From NCBI GenBank assembly GCA_040285825.1, contig JAUPSS010000001.1, forward strand, positions 186,001 through 250,000: a DNA stretch of 64,000 bases, given 5' to 3'. The stretch's first letter is position 1, and the number at the start of each line of letters is the position of its first letter. Of this stretch, positions 34,801-45,213 are shown one piece after another. The notes below the pieces were generated by a model. That model was not told the DNA's origin. It worked only from the letters and a program-made list of their open reading frames with translations, and ran no database searches. Source of the DNA: Eukaryota sp. TZLM1-RC. Its lineage: Eukaryota; Protista; Metamonada: BaSk clade. Position numbers and translations under genes: made by a program.

Positions 34801-36350
34801 TCACCTCTATCATCAGAACCAAAATTATTCAGAGAAAGTGTTTCTTTCAGCAGGGGCTCTTTGATACACGATATCCTTGCAGTTTGTGCCATATTGAAAA
34901 CAGTGTCTCTAACAGCATCATGTAATGAAGAACGATAAGTTATCAATTTAGAGCAATTTAGAGCATGGCGCAAAGTGAGTTGAGGTGAATTCGAACAAAT
35001 GCATTTTTCTTTTGATAATAATTGGTTAATGGGGATGTTCAAATATAATCTCATTTTTGTTACAAATGCTTCATTAGTAGCACACAATCCAAATCTTCGT
35101 GGTACAATGGTTACAAAAAGTGAAGAATCTGACACCTTGTTTTCACAAACACCCTTTTCCAATAACAATGAGTGAAGATCTTGATTTAAAACAGCCGAGC
35201 TGCAAATATTATTATAAAGATCTTTTTCATACATTCCAGTCAATCTTTTCTGTAATGTTCGAAGAGTGTACTTCAAATTTAAAACATTTTTTTCTGGAAT
35301 ATTGCCATTGAATGATTGGGGAAAACATCGACCCCATTTTTCTACATCAATTCTTGAAATTTCTTCATTTAATGCAAAAACAGTGGAACTTTGCGTTGTC
35401 ATCAATAAATCTTCCCAATCTGCAAATCTTTCGGAGAACTCAAAGATTGCATTTCTGCATCCACCAACAAAAAGCACACGAGGTAAGAATAGAAGCCTTC
35501 GTCCACCCTAAACCACCATATTGTGGACTAAGGTAAGCATGATCTGGAATTTGAAACATTTTACATCCCAGTAATTGAGACAGAACTTTTGCACGTAACT
35601 CATTAAACTTTTGAGCCAAAGGTCTAGTGACGAGAGGATTTGTAGATCGAAATATATGATTAAAATTGGAACTAAAACACAGTCTTATAATGGTAAATTT
35701 GATGTGTTTTTTTATATCTAAATTCATCATTCGGTCAATTTTGTCAGAAATTGAGTTCAACTTTTCAAACAATTTTTTGGTAATTTCATCATTATTTCCT
35801 AAAAACGAACCCAAATGACGAATAGCATCAATTGAATATAATTTGGCTTGAATTTCAATATCATCAATTATTGTGGAAACTGGAGAATTCGATAACAAAA
35901 CACATTTAAGTAAATTAAGTTGGAGACCAATTTTGGTAAATAATTCTTTAAAACATACAGTTGCTTTTTTCACAATATTTAATTCACCAATAAGCACAAC
36001 ATCATCCATATATGCAATCATCTGTTTTTGGAAATACATTCTCCTTGAAATTTGATTTTTTTGATAGAAGTTTTTATCTTTTTTAGAAAAAGTTTACAAT
36101 TCGGAGTAAGATCTCATAAACCTTTGCGCAAATTTGCAGTAAAAGCACGAAGAACAACAGCAAAAGGTATTAAAGCAAACGTAATAAGATAAGCAGGAAC
36201 TCGAACGGGACAACATAACCGAGGTTTAGCAACACAAGAATCACGAAAAAGTAAAGGGTGATTAGAATCATTGACAGCAACAGGTTTTTGACAAAGAACA
36301 CATCATTTGTAATCTTTTTGATCACTTTTGTGAGATATGTTATCAATCTC
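31810..36350 (-). mobile_element. Near full-length decayed RLE retrotransposon (family C), interrupted by family A at 34305-36019
   Basis: APGSS..FD, GARLIALKK...PIAIG, DFKNAFNS, GVKQG, YMDD, FGGVDF, CRC..H knuckle, FVPFAISLFG; many frameshifts; 5' limit uncertain. Confidence 0.85.
34305..36019 (-). mobile_element. Family A copy, 5'-truncated just before YMDD, with 10-bp TSD
   Basis: TSD ATCTGTTTTT at 34295-34304 and 36020-36029; ORFs 35440..36039 and 34371..35477 are split by one frameshift. Confidence 0.93.
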
Positions 36351-36389
36351 AATTAGAAATTTATTTTCAGGATTATGTTATGATGAAAA

Positions 36390-36893
36390 ATTTAAATCAG
36401 CAGGAGCTGCATGAGCATTAAGTTTTACCTTCTGAATAAGGGAACAACGTCCTTTTTGTGGTCCAGTCAGTATCAATGAGAGTGTCTAACATGGAAAATT
36501 TAGTAATTGAAGAGAACCGACAACTAGACGTCAAGTTGAGAAAAAGGAGGACGTTGAAAGGTGAGTGAAAAAAAGCGTTCAAAAACTAACGTCTTTGACA
36601 ACACTAGGTACAACACTGTTCTTTGTTCCTGAAGAAAGACTCTTAATCAACGGAATAGTACCTACATCTTTCGTTGCGGATTACAATCCAAAACCATTTC
36701 GAGCAAGCTTTTCCGCATACCTTCAGACGACGGAGACTCACCCCTATCGCTAGTTTAGAGCCTGCATTTGTTCCCTTTTCCATATGGTCTCTCAACCATT
36801 GTATCTCCTTTTTCATGTCCTTTTTCATGAATTCTTGAAATGTTCCTTTTTCATGAAACTAGCTTCAAAGCTACGTATTGTTCTAGAAGAGAA
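36390..36893 (+). pseudogene. Possible decayed protein kinase with a 47-nt intron-like segment (36561-36607)
   Basis: ELHEH*VL..E*GNNVL, RVSNM, (GTGAGT..ACTAAC..TAG) GTTLFFVPE, FVAD, THPY resemble kinase subdomains VI-IX, with stops. Confidence 0.35.
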
Positions 36894-37503
36894 ATGGGCT
36901 CACTGAGATTGGTGATCAATTATTCGAGGATTTTGGAACGTCTGTGGACGATCTCACCAAGGATGAAAGTTCTTGGAATAAGTTTGAAGAAAGTATGCCA
37001 CAAATGAAAGCCACAGCATTGAGTTTGAGATACTGATCCACCACATGAACAATATCAAAAAACCATTTAGTGGTGAGTTACTGTTTGTTGTGTTGAGGTC
37101 ATTTACTATTATTGAGATTGTAATTCTATTGATCTCTGTTCTACCAAAAATAAATAACATGGAGAATATAGAATACTGAATCAATTAAAGAGAAATAAAA
37201 AACTATTTACACACAAAAAGACTAAAAAAGACTAACAAACAAAAACTATCGCTTAATTTTGAATATTTTCTGCGGGGTTTCTGATCCACTTGCTTTTGGA
37301 CTTTGTACCTCTTCTTGACCCACTCTATTGATCCCCTTCTTCTCATCCTTGTCCTCATTAGGCAAGAACACCTCATCACTACAGGTGACTTAGAACTGTT
37401 TAAAAATTGTCAGCAAAGATTTGAATAAAATAATTGCTGAATTAATTAAGTACTATTTTCAACTTTGTTTAACTACTTGTGTTAGATACAGTACTAAATT
37501 ACA

Positions 37504-39444
37504 ATGGCTGTCAAGGATCTTAGCCCACGGAAACGCTTTCTGTTGAGGTCTTCAACAGTGATTGTTCTTATAGCAGCTCTTATCTTTGTTCTTAGCAGGC
37601 TTAATAACTTTCATCTTCCTGGTGTTGCCATGGTGAATTACAAACAAGGAGAGCGTATCCCTCTGTGGATGTCCACCATCACGTCCAACGTTACCCAAAT
37701 ACCATTTGACTATTACGCCCTCCCTGTCTGTAAACCTGAAAAGATTACAGAAGACAGAAGGAACCTGGGAGACCTTCTCCTTGGCCATGTTCGGCAGTCC
37801 TCCGACTACCAAGTCTTTATGAACCAACCAGATTCCAATGCCAAGGAGTTGTGCTCAAAGGACCTGACAGGGAAACAGTTAAAAACCCTTCGCAATCACA
37901 TCACCCAACGCTATAGAGTCAACTGGATTCTTGACAATCTTTCCGTTTTTGTCAAGATTGGACCCTCTCTTTACGAACAGGGGTTTCCCTTAGGCAGAAC
38001 TGAGATAGAGGACGGAAAGCATCGTGTTTTGCTTCACAACCATCAATTAATTAAAGTACTATACCACACTGCCAAGAAGGGAGATGGTAAAGAAAAACCA
38101 ATGGAGAGTAGGGTTGTGGGGTTTGAAGTTGATTATTTGTCAATAGATTGGATCGATAGTGGTGCTGACATCAGCAATCATAGGATCACCAACTCTGAAT
38201 CAATTTTGATGGGTCCTTACAAGTCTTTGTATTTAAGCTCCGAAAAGGAAACTCCTAAAGTAGTGTGGAGCTATCAGGTTGAGTTTATTGAGTCTGACAT
38301 CTCTTGGAAGTCAAGATGGGACAATTATTTCTACCAAGCTCATACCCAATTCCAATGGTTCTCTATAATCCATGCCTTGTTAATCGTGTTCTTCTTAACT
38401 TCAATGGTCGGTATGATTTTGGCAAAAACCCTCAAATCTGATTTGTTTAGGTACAGCAACCCTGATCTTGACGATTACCAGGAGGACTATGGTTGGAAAA
38501 TGATCAGAGGGGATGTGTTTAGGGCTCCAGCCAACCCTTCTTTGTTCTCTTCATGTATTGGCAGCGGAGTTCAAGTGGGAATCATGATTGGTTCTTCACT
38601 ACTGTTTGCCTTGCTAGGCTTCCTGTCTCCTGCCCATAGAGGGTCATTACTCACTTCACTGGTGGTTTTCTTTGTTTTGGGAAGCTATGCGGCTGGCTAC
38701 ACTTCAGCCAGAATTTATAAAAACTTTAATGGAAAACATTGGAAAAGAACCACTCTCAGAACGGCTTTGTTATTCCCAGGATTTGTTTTCATTGTTTGGT
38801 TTTTCACTGATCTGTTGCTAACTGCACAAGGTTCGACTCAAGCAGTTCCATTTGCTATGCTGCTGTTGCTGGCTTTGGTATACTTTGGGATATCTGTACC
38901 CTTGACCTACGTTGGTTCTTTCCATGGATATTCTATACCAAAAGTTGAGCCACCTGTCAAAGTCAACCAGATTCCCCGAGAAATTCCTGATCAGCCCTGG
39001 TGGTGTAAACCAGTTTTGGTTCTTCCCATGGCTGGCATTATTCCTTTTTCTGCTGTGTTCATTGAAGTTTATTTCATTTTAACTTCAGTAACCTCAGTAA
39101 CTCTTTTCTACATGTTTGGTTTCTTGACAATTGTTTTCTTGATTTTTGTCGTTACTTGTGTAGAAATTTCTATTTCTCTATCATATTTTGCTTTTTGTGC
39201 CGAAAATTATAGAAATTGGCAGTGGAAATCTTTCTTTTACCCTGCTTCAAGTGCCATTTACTTCTTCTTGTATGCATTATACTTTTTAGTATCATCCCTT
39301 GATCTGGTTAAGCTAGCTTCCACGGTGACTTACTTATGCTACGTCTCAATTGTTACTGTGGCTTTTGGTCTTTTGGCGGGAACTCTAGGTTATATAGGTA
39401 CTCATGTTTTTACTGTCAAGGTGTTCAGCGTGAAGATGGATTAA
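37504..39444 (+). CDS. TM9SF: Transmembrane 9 superfamily (nonaspanin/EMP70) protein
   Basis: TQIPFDYY.LP.C, NLGDLL.G, W.SRWD.Y, WFSI, GWK.I.GDVFR, PVKVNQIPREIP, C-terminal KxD. Confidence 0.95.
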   Translation: MAVKDLSPRKRFLLRSSTVIVLIAALIFVLSRLNNFHLPGVAMVNYKQGERIPLWMSTITSNVTQIPFDYYALPVCKPEKITEDRRNLGDLLLGHVRQSSDYQVFMNQPDSNAKELCSKDLTGKQLKTLRNHITQRYRVNWILDNLSVFVKIGPSLYEQGFPLGRTEIEDGKHRVLLHNHQLIKVLYHTAKKGDGKEKPMESRVVGFEVDYLSIDWIDSGADISNHRITNSESILMGPYKSLYLSSEKETPKVVWSYQVEFIESDISWKSRWDNYFYQAHTQFQWFSIIHALLIVFFLTSMVGMILAKTLKSDLFRYSNPDLDDYQEDYGWKMIRGDVFRAPANPSLFSSCIGSGVQVGIMIGSSLLFALLGFLSPAHRGSLLTSLVVFFVLGSYAAGYTSARIYKNFNGKHWKRTTLRTALLFPGFVFIVWFFTDLLLTAQGSTQAVPFAMLLLLALVYFGISVPLTYVGSFHGYSIPKVEPPVKVNQIPREIPDQPWWCKPVLVLPMAGIIPFSAVFIEVYFILTSVTSVTLFYMFGFLTIVFLIFVVTCVEISISLSYFAFCAENYRNWQWKSFFYPASSAIYFFLYALYFLVSSLDLVKLASTVTYLCYVSIVTVAFGLLAGTLGYIGTHVFTVKVFSVKMD

Positions 39445-39633
39445 TGTTTGTTAATAAATTTAATTTGTTTTAATTAATATTAACACTAGCTTAAATGTGA
39501 GATGAAAAAGACAATATGTGAAACAATTATTCTGTTAGCTTCTCAATATCCGCCAATCAACTGTGTGTGATGAGTTCGAAAGAGGTTTATTATTTTACAA
39601 CTTAAATAAATTATAATTTACAATTAAAACAAT

Positions 39634-41016
39634 CTACTGTTTTTTAAGCTTTACACCGAGAACAGGACTAAAATACTTCAAATGATTACCCTTGGAGTAG
39701 TTCAAAACTGAATTTTTTAAAATTGAATAACCCCTAATACAATAAAGAAATTCAGAATCCAAAAACTTTACATCTGAAATATTGAGATAACCAACAACAT
39801 CCTCAAAAGAACCCCTAGTCCATAATTCCTTGACTTTACTTGACTCAATCAAAAGCCACGTCATGATTGGTTTGCTTTGGGTACAAAGGGATTTGATTAT
39901 TGAATCCTTATTCGGATGAATTGTCAAATCAAATTTAAAAGCTTCCACAACAGACAATCCAATTCTATTGAATTCAAAAGAAAATTCCCCTAAGTCAGAC
40001 AACTTAATTGTACTTGAATACGGAAAAACCATTTCTTCAATCAAATCAACAGAATTCCCCAAAAGTCTTTGAATTTCTCGATCCTTTTGGGCAATCACGT
40101 CATCTTTTTGAGCTACCAACTGTTCAAGGCTTTTTATTCTATTTCCCAATACTTCTATTATTTGTAAATCATGAGAATACATTTGAATTTTTTTATCGAC
40201 CCAACCCTTTAAACAATTATCAATAGTTTGTTTTTCTTGGTTAAATCTTACCATCAAAATGCAGTCGGACCACTCGTCACCAATATTAGAATAGGGAGAA
40301 ATTAAAACCAAATCAGTTGAAAAATCAAACTTTTTGAAAAACGAAACTGCATCATGGTCAGAGTAGGTCAAAAACACGTCATGATTGGTCAAAAAAGGAA
40401 AGAGCCCAGAAACTACTGAAGTGGGCTTTAACACAAAATTCATCAAATAATTTGCAAGTCCCAGTGATTGAAAAGAAACTCTGACCCCAATCAAGGTCAA
40501 TTGATTGATTGATTGATTATGAGCTATTGACCACATTGAACATCCTGCAGAGGACACGTTATACTCTAACGTAATTGCCGCGCAAACCAAAGATTTAAGT
40601 TCCTGAACACAGTGTTGATTTTCCTCAGAAGATACAGACTCAGCTTCAGAAGAAGAGGAAGAACTAGAATCGTAGACATCAGACAAAGAATGAGTAGATA
40701 AGTCATCTGCAGGTAGATGAAAATGAGAGTCGTCGTTGAGAGAGAGGATACTGTGCAGGGAATTAGAAAGACTGGAGTTATTGTTGGGATTGGTTGTCTC
40801 CTTGTCATATTGGGTGAACAAAATAAATGTTACTGTATTAGATCTAGAAAGTACATTTCGGACGAGGGATTTGGTAATGTTGGGAAGAACATGATGGTAC
40901 AGAGACACTGTTGATTCAGTTAGTGCGTCCATTGAAGAGGTTCCACGAAAAGCAGCAAGACAGTACTCCTCATTGTGAATCACAACCTTTGAAGAGTACA
41001 AAACATTAATTTGCAT
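39634..41016 (-). CDS. GNAT (GCN5-like) acetyltransferase with coiled coil
   Basis: LIGVRVSFQSLGLANYLM (acetyl-CoA motif A), FLTYSDHDAVSFFKKFDF (motif B); Ser-rich insertion; first in-frame ATG at 41016. Confidence 0.75.
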   Translation of the reverse strand: MQINVLYSSKVVIHNEEYCLAAFRGTSSMDALTESTVSLYHHVLPNITKSLVRNVLSRSNTVTFILFTQYDKETTNPNNNSSLSNSLHSILSLNDDSHFHLPADDLSTHSLSDVYDSSSSSSSEAESVSSEENQHCVQELKSLVCAAITLEYNVSSAGCSMWSIAHNQSINQLTLIGVRVSFQSLGLANYLMNFVLKPTSVVSGLFPFLTNHDVFLTYSDHDAVSFFKKFDFSTDLVLISPYSNIGDEWSDCILMVRFNQEKQTIDNCLKGWVDKKIQMYSHDLQIIEVLGNRIKSLEQLVAQKDDVIAQKDREIQRLLGNSVDLIEEMVFPYSSTIKLSDLGEFSFEFNRIGLSVVEAFKFDLTIHPNKDSIIKSLCTQSKPIMTWLLIESSKVKELWTRGSFEDVVGYLNISDVKFLDSEFLYCIRGYSILKNSVLNYSKGNHLKYFSPVLGVKLKKQ

Positions 41017-41123
41017 AGAAATTCTGAGAAAGAATAACCAAAGATATGGATGACGTGTGGAATTTCCTTTTTGGTCGACCCGAACACTTTGGCCAACTTT
41101 CACTTCTGTATTTCAATTCAAAG

Positions 41124-42800
41124 ATGGCCAAGCGTCAAGCAGGTGTAGTGTCTAGTGCATTGTCTCTTGCTAACACAATTCTTGGTGCAGGTATGAGTTT
41201 TTGATGACTCATTCAAGGTACAGTTGCTCTTGCTTCAGTATTTGCATCCTTTGGATGGATAGGAGTTATACCTGCAATTGCTCTTATGTTGGCACAGTCC
41301 ATCTTCACATTGGATGTGCTTTGCATTGCTGCTATCGAGAAGCAGAAGTTCACCTTTCAGACTTTAGCTACATCGGTACATTCTAAGAAATTTGGCGTCT
41401 TTATTGCTCTTGCTGTTGGTCTTTTTGGTTTTGGTGTATGCCTTTCCTACACCGTACTCCTTGCTGATGTACTCCCTCCAGTTATAGCTAAAATCACAGG
41501 AATGTCAGTTGGATCAGTATGGTACACTGATAGGTATGTGTTGTCCATCATCAGTGCTGCAATCTTTTTCCTTCCTTTATCGTTGTTACCAACTCTTAAT
41601 GGATTAAGGTATGCCTCTGCTGGTACCATTCTCTGTGTCATCTACATTGCCACCATCCTCGTCGTAGCCTTCATCAAATCCCTTTTCGGAGGGGCCTTAT
41701 TTGAGACCCCTGAAGATCCTGTAACTGAACTATTCCACTTCTCCGCCCGTAGTTGGACTGGTTTATCTGTTCTTGGTTTTGCTTTCTGTTGTCAACTCAA
41801 CGGTCTCACAGCCTACAAGGAAATTAATGATCCATCGGAAAAAAAGATGAAGATTGTTGGACGCATTGCTGTCGGAGTTGCCCTTGTTGTCTATACTATC
41901 ATTGGAGTCACAGGTTATGCTCTCTATGGCTATGACGTTACCGGTAACATTCTTGCTAATCTCCCTGCTGATAATAACTTTGTTTTTGTTGGTAATGCTG
42001 GTATTGCATTGGTAGTCATTTGCTCCTATCCTTTTGCCATGTTCCCTTTTAAGGCTGAGGTTACTTCTATCATTGAAGAGCACTTGACCAACAAAAAGAA
42101 GCTTAAAAAAGAATCTCTTACTGATGAACAAGATTCCAATGTTGAGGAACTGGGTTTTGAATCAGAAAAGGAAAGGGAAAAGGAACAATATAATGATTTA
42201 GGTCAGGAAAATGATCTTCAAGACATTTCTGCTGCTGAAATTGACAATGTTATTGACTCCACTCCTGAAGAAACACATTCAGCTCTTGCTTCTGACGTCG
42301 AATCAGTACGTAGGGTTGGTTCAACCAGCCAGATGGATTCTCTTTTAGAAGAAGAATCCACCAGTGACGAAGAGAAGGGAGTACGAATGAGGAGAAGATC
42401 TTCGGCCATGGAAATTGTACGGAAAATGTCTGATGCCGTTAAGCATTCTGGGCTGAAGGTAGATGAATTGTCCATTGCTTTGGATTCACCTGAAGACGAA
42501 CCTGTGGAACGAGTTGTTCTCCCTTACAAATACCGAGCGCTTTTAACAGCCGCAGCAGTCACTGTTGCCACTGCTTTATCTCTCCTGACTGACTCTGTTG
42601 AGGCGGTGTTTGGTCTTGTTGGTAGTCTTTTAGCTTCTGTTTCAGTGTTCATTTTCCCTCCTTTTGCATACCTTAGATGTGGTAGGAAGCTTTCTGATGC
42701 ACAAAGGATTAAATCATATTGTGCGATGACTCTAGGCTTTGTTATAATGTTTGTGGGGACTTATACTAGTTTGCTTGGTTTTATTGGTGCTGAAGTTTAG
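41124..42800 (+). CDS. Amino acid transporter, AAAP/SLC38 family; 2 exons (41124-41190, 41218-42800; 549 aa)
   Basis: Removing a 27-nt intron gives NTILGAG; LPLS, LRYAS, FAFCCQ, GY..YG..V.GNIL.N, SYP, VFGLVGS, IFP. Confidence 0.9.
41191..41217 (+). other. 27-nt GT-AG intron
   Basis: GTATGA...CTCATTCAAG; restores ILGAGTV; contains an in-frame TGA. Confidence 0.85.
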
Positions 42801-43398
42801 TTTTTTTCGGTTTTCAATTATTTTGTTAAGGTTTATCGTATAGTAAATTTTTATTTAATTATCCTTGGGGACACTGATAATGTTTGATAAATAATGATGA
42901 TTTTTATTCAATAGATACCATTATCAATGTTAATTCAGTTTGTTATGGACGTTTATTGTCTTCATTGCAATTCCATATTGATTCAATCATGTGTGGTTCA
43001 AAAAACAATATCAAAACATTGGTGTGAATAGGGCGAATTAAAGAGACAAGGTTATAATAATTATTCAGTTGCCTAGTTTAAAGACAAGAACTGCATAAAT
43101 ATTGTATATTAGTGGAAATGGTACATTCAGTTAACTCTTATGTAAAAATTAACATTCAAATTTGTTGAAACTTTATGCAAACTCATCGAAATTTCTTGTT
43201 TAAAGAAACTAATACTACTGTTTTCAAAAACAACTTTATCATATAGAAAAGAAAATGGTGAAAGCAGTTGCAGAATCACGTACTAAAGTGTCAATTTAAC
43301 TCTTTGTCAACATTTTTCATTTTTATAGATGTAAGAAGTTGAAAATAATTTAATGTAGATTCACTGATCTTTTCTCGAATGTCACGCCCACTGCACTG

Positions 43399-45088
43399 AT
43401 GACTAAAACAGTGGTTGCATCTGCCAATACCTTCTTCTCTCCTGTAGTCCAGTCAGAACTGGAGAGTCAGCTTACGAATAAGCAACGTAATGCGATAATT
43501 GCTGCTAGGCTGGCTCGACTTTTTTGTCCTACGGCACCCAGACCTGAGCAGTTGGCTCACACAACAGAAATTCTGGAAACTGCGTTGTGATTTTGGGATG
43601 TTTTCGGTGCCTCAAAATCGACAGCCCTACGTTAGGGAGGCTGTTGTTTCCGACATCCTTCTATTCAGTCGTCACGCACGAGCTGGCCTTTTCCACCACT
43701 GTGTTCATCAAGTCGCCGTACTGGAGGCCGAGGTGTTCGCCTGTGGTGCTATTCTTCTTTTGTCTCTGCAACAGCCCGTCGCTTTGTCGATGCACACTGT
43801 CGTCTTTCGACAGATGGACCGGTGTGCTGGAAACAAAAATCCTTTACAAAGTGCCCCCGTTGCTTGGGGTGTTCAGCATCCAAAACCTATGCCTCCTGTG
43901 TCTTGCGCCGGGCAACATGCTCTCCTAGAGTTGCCACCTTTGCCAACCAGTGGCATAAGTCTATCAGCGCCAGATGGGACGCTCTACAATAATCACCAGC
44001 GCACCTTTGAGCGTATGCTCTTAGAACCTGTTATGCAACTATCCAATGAGGTTGCTGCTTTTGTTTCCGTTGTAACTCAACTATACTGTTATTCCTGGAA
44101 AGTGATCGCCGGACAATATGAAAAGACATGCGTTGTCTCCTCTCGTGAGTTATGTACCAGGCTTTGTGAACTTAAACAAACAAACCCTCGACGCTTTTGC
44201 TTCTAAAAACCATGGCAGTCAGTTCCTTATGTGCCCTTACCGCTATTTCGGCTTATCTTGGGACAGATACCCAGAATACTCCGTGGCCACTGACGGTGTG
44301 AGCTTGCTTTTTCCTTTTTCAAGCACCATCAAGCCTACTCATAAAAGGCGCACCAAAATATAAACCCTTTCTTTGTGGCCATATGGCCAGCTGTTCAAGC
44401 TTGTGGGTCACTCAGATGAGGCATTGTCTTATCACCGAAGCCTCCCTCCATGACAACTACTCCTCCGTTGAGCCAACTGACTCCAAATTGGTATTGCGTT
44501 CAGGGCTATTATCAGTATCTGATTGCAATGACAACAGAGTTGGTCGATGTTTATCAACCTACTGAAATGGAACAGTGGCTTAATTGAATCCTCAAAGAGA
44601 CAACACTGAAAGACAATGTTTATTGGAGCACCATCTACATCAAGGAAAAAGAAAAGCAATACGCCATAACCGCTTCGACTTTTTATCCGTCACCAATAGA
44701 AATTCAGCCATTTTGTCCAGAAAATCAAAAACATGGCTGAAAATCGTGAAGTGATTATTTGGTTTGGGAAGAGAGGTGATGGAACATCCCGTCAAAGAGT
44801 GAAATCACCAAGAAAGCGTTTTCTGAAGTATCTCAAGGCTCGATTTCCAAGCGTGAAGGATGGCGATGAATACTATACATTTGGCAAAGTGAACTGTTGC
44901 AAAGTTTTCCATGCAGACCTTTACTTCATAAAGAATGGAGAAAGGAAAAGTCTAAAGCCTATTTTGCATGTCCAGAATGTGGGATGGTTTAGTCAACAGA
45001 TATATCTGTATCGAGAAACCAGTGGGAGATTGCAGTAAGCAAGTACTTTTTGAACACTAGACCCCTAGCTTTTAGAAGACCTCAATAA
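43399..45088 (+). pseudogene. Decayed Fanzor1/TnpB-like RNA-guided nuclease
   Basis: Ordered motifs across frames: TDGVS (44289), degenerate GIDPG-like site (44490-44505), IIWFG, RFLKYL, DEYYT (RuvC-II, 44865), CCKVF and CPEC zinc finger, TDISVSRN (RuvC-III-like), terminal RPLAFRR*. Confidence 0.75.
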
Positions 45089-45170
45089 GAGTCTTCAAAT
45101 CCAACGTATATTGATCAAAGCCAATCATCTCCGGATGGTTAAGTTTAGACATGTGGATGTGGTTGAAGTA
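45075..45170 (+). ncRNA. Candidate omegaRNA scaffold of the Fanzor relic
   Basis: Hairpin 45075-45096 spanning the stop codon and hairpin 45123-45140 with a c(UCCG)g tetraloop, directly 3' of the nuclease ORF. Confidence 0.35.
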
Positions 45171-45213
45171 TTGGAAATTAACATTTCAGATAAAGAATGC
45201 ATTTCCTCTCCTC

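Noticed and set aside
20524-35536. Recurrent short ORFs (MVQWLQKV..., MVLMIEVM..., MYFKFKTF...)
   Set aside because: Shadow frames of repeated family A retrotransposon DNA, not independent genes
36445-36556. Imperfect inverted repeat CAACGTCCT/AGGACGTTG
   Set aside because: Short, no TSD, and lies within kinase-like remnant sequence
42850-43398. Left end or TIR of the Fanzor-bearing element
   Set aside because: No terminal inverted repeat or TSD matching the 3' side could be identified
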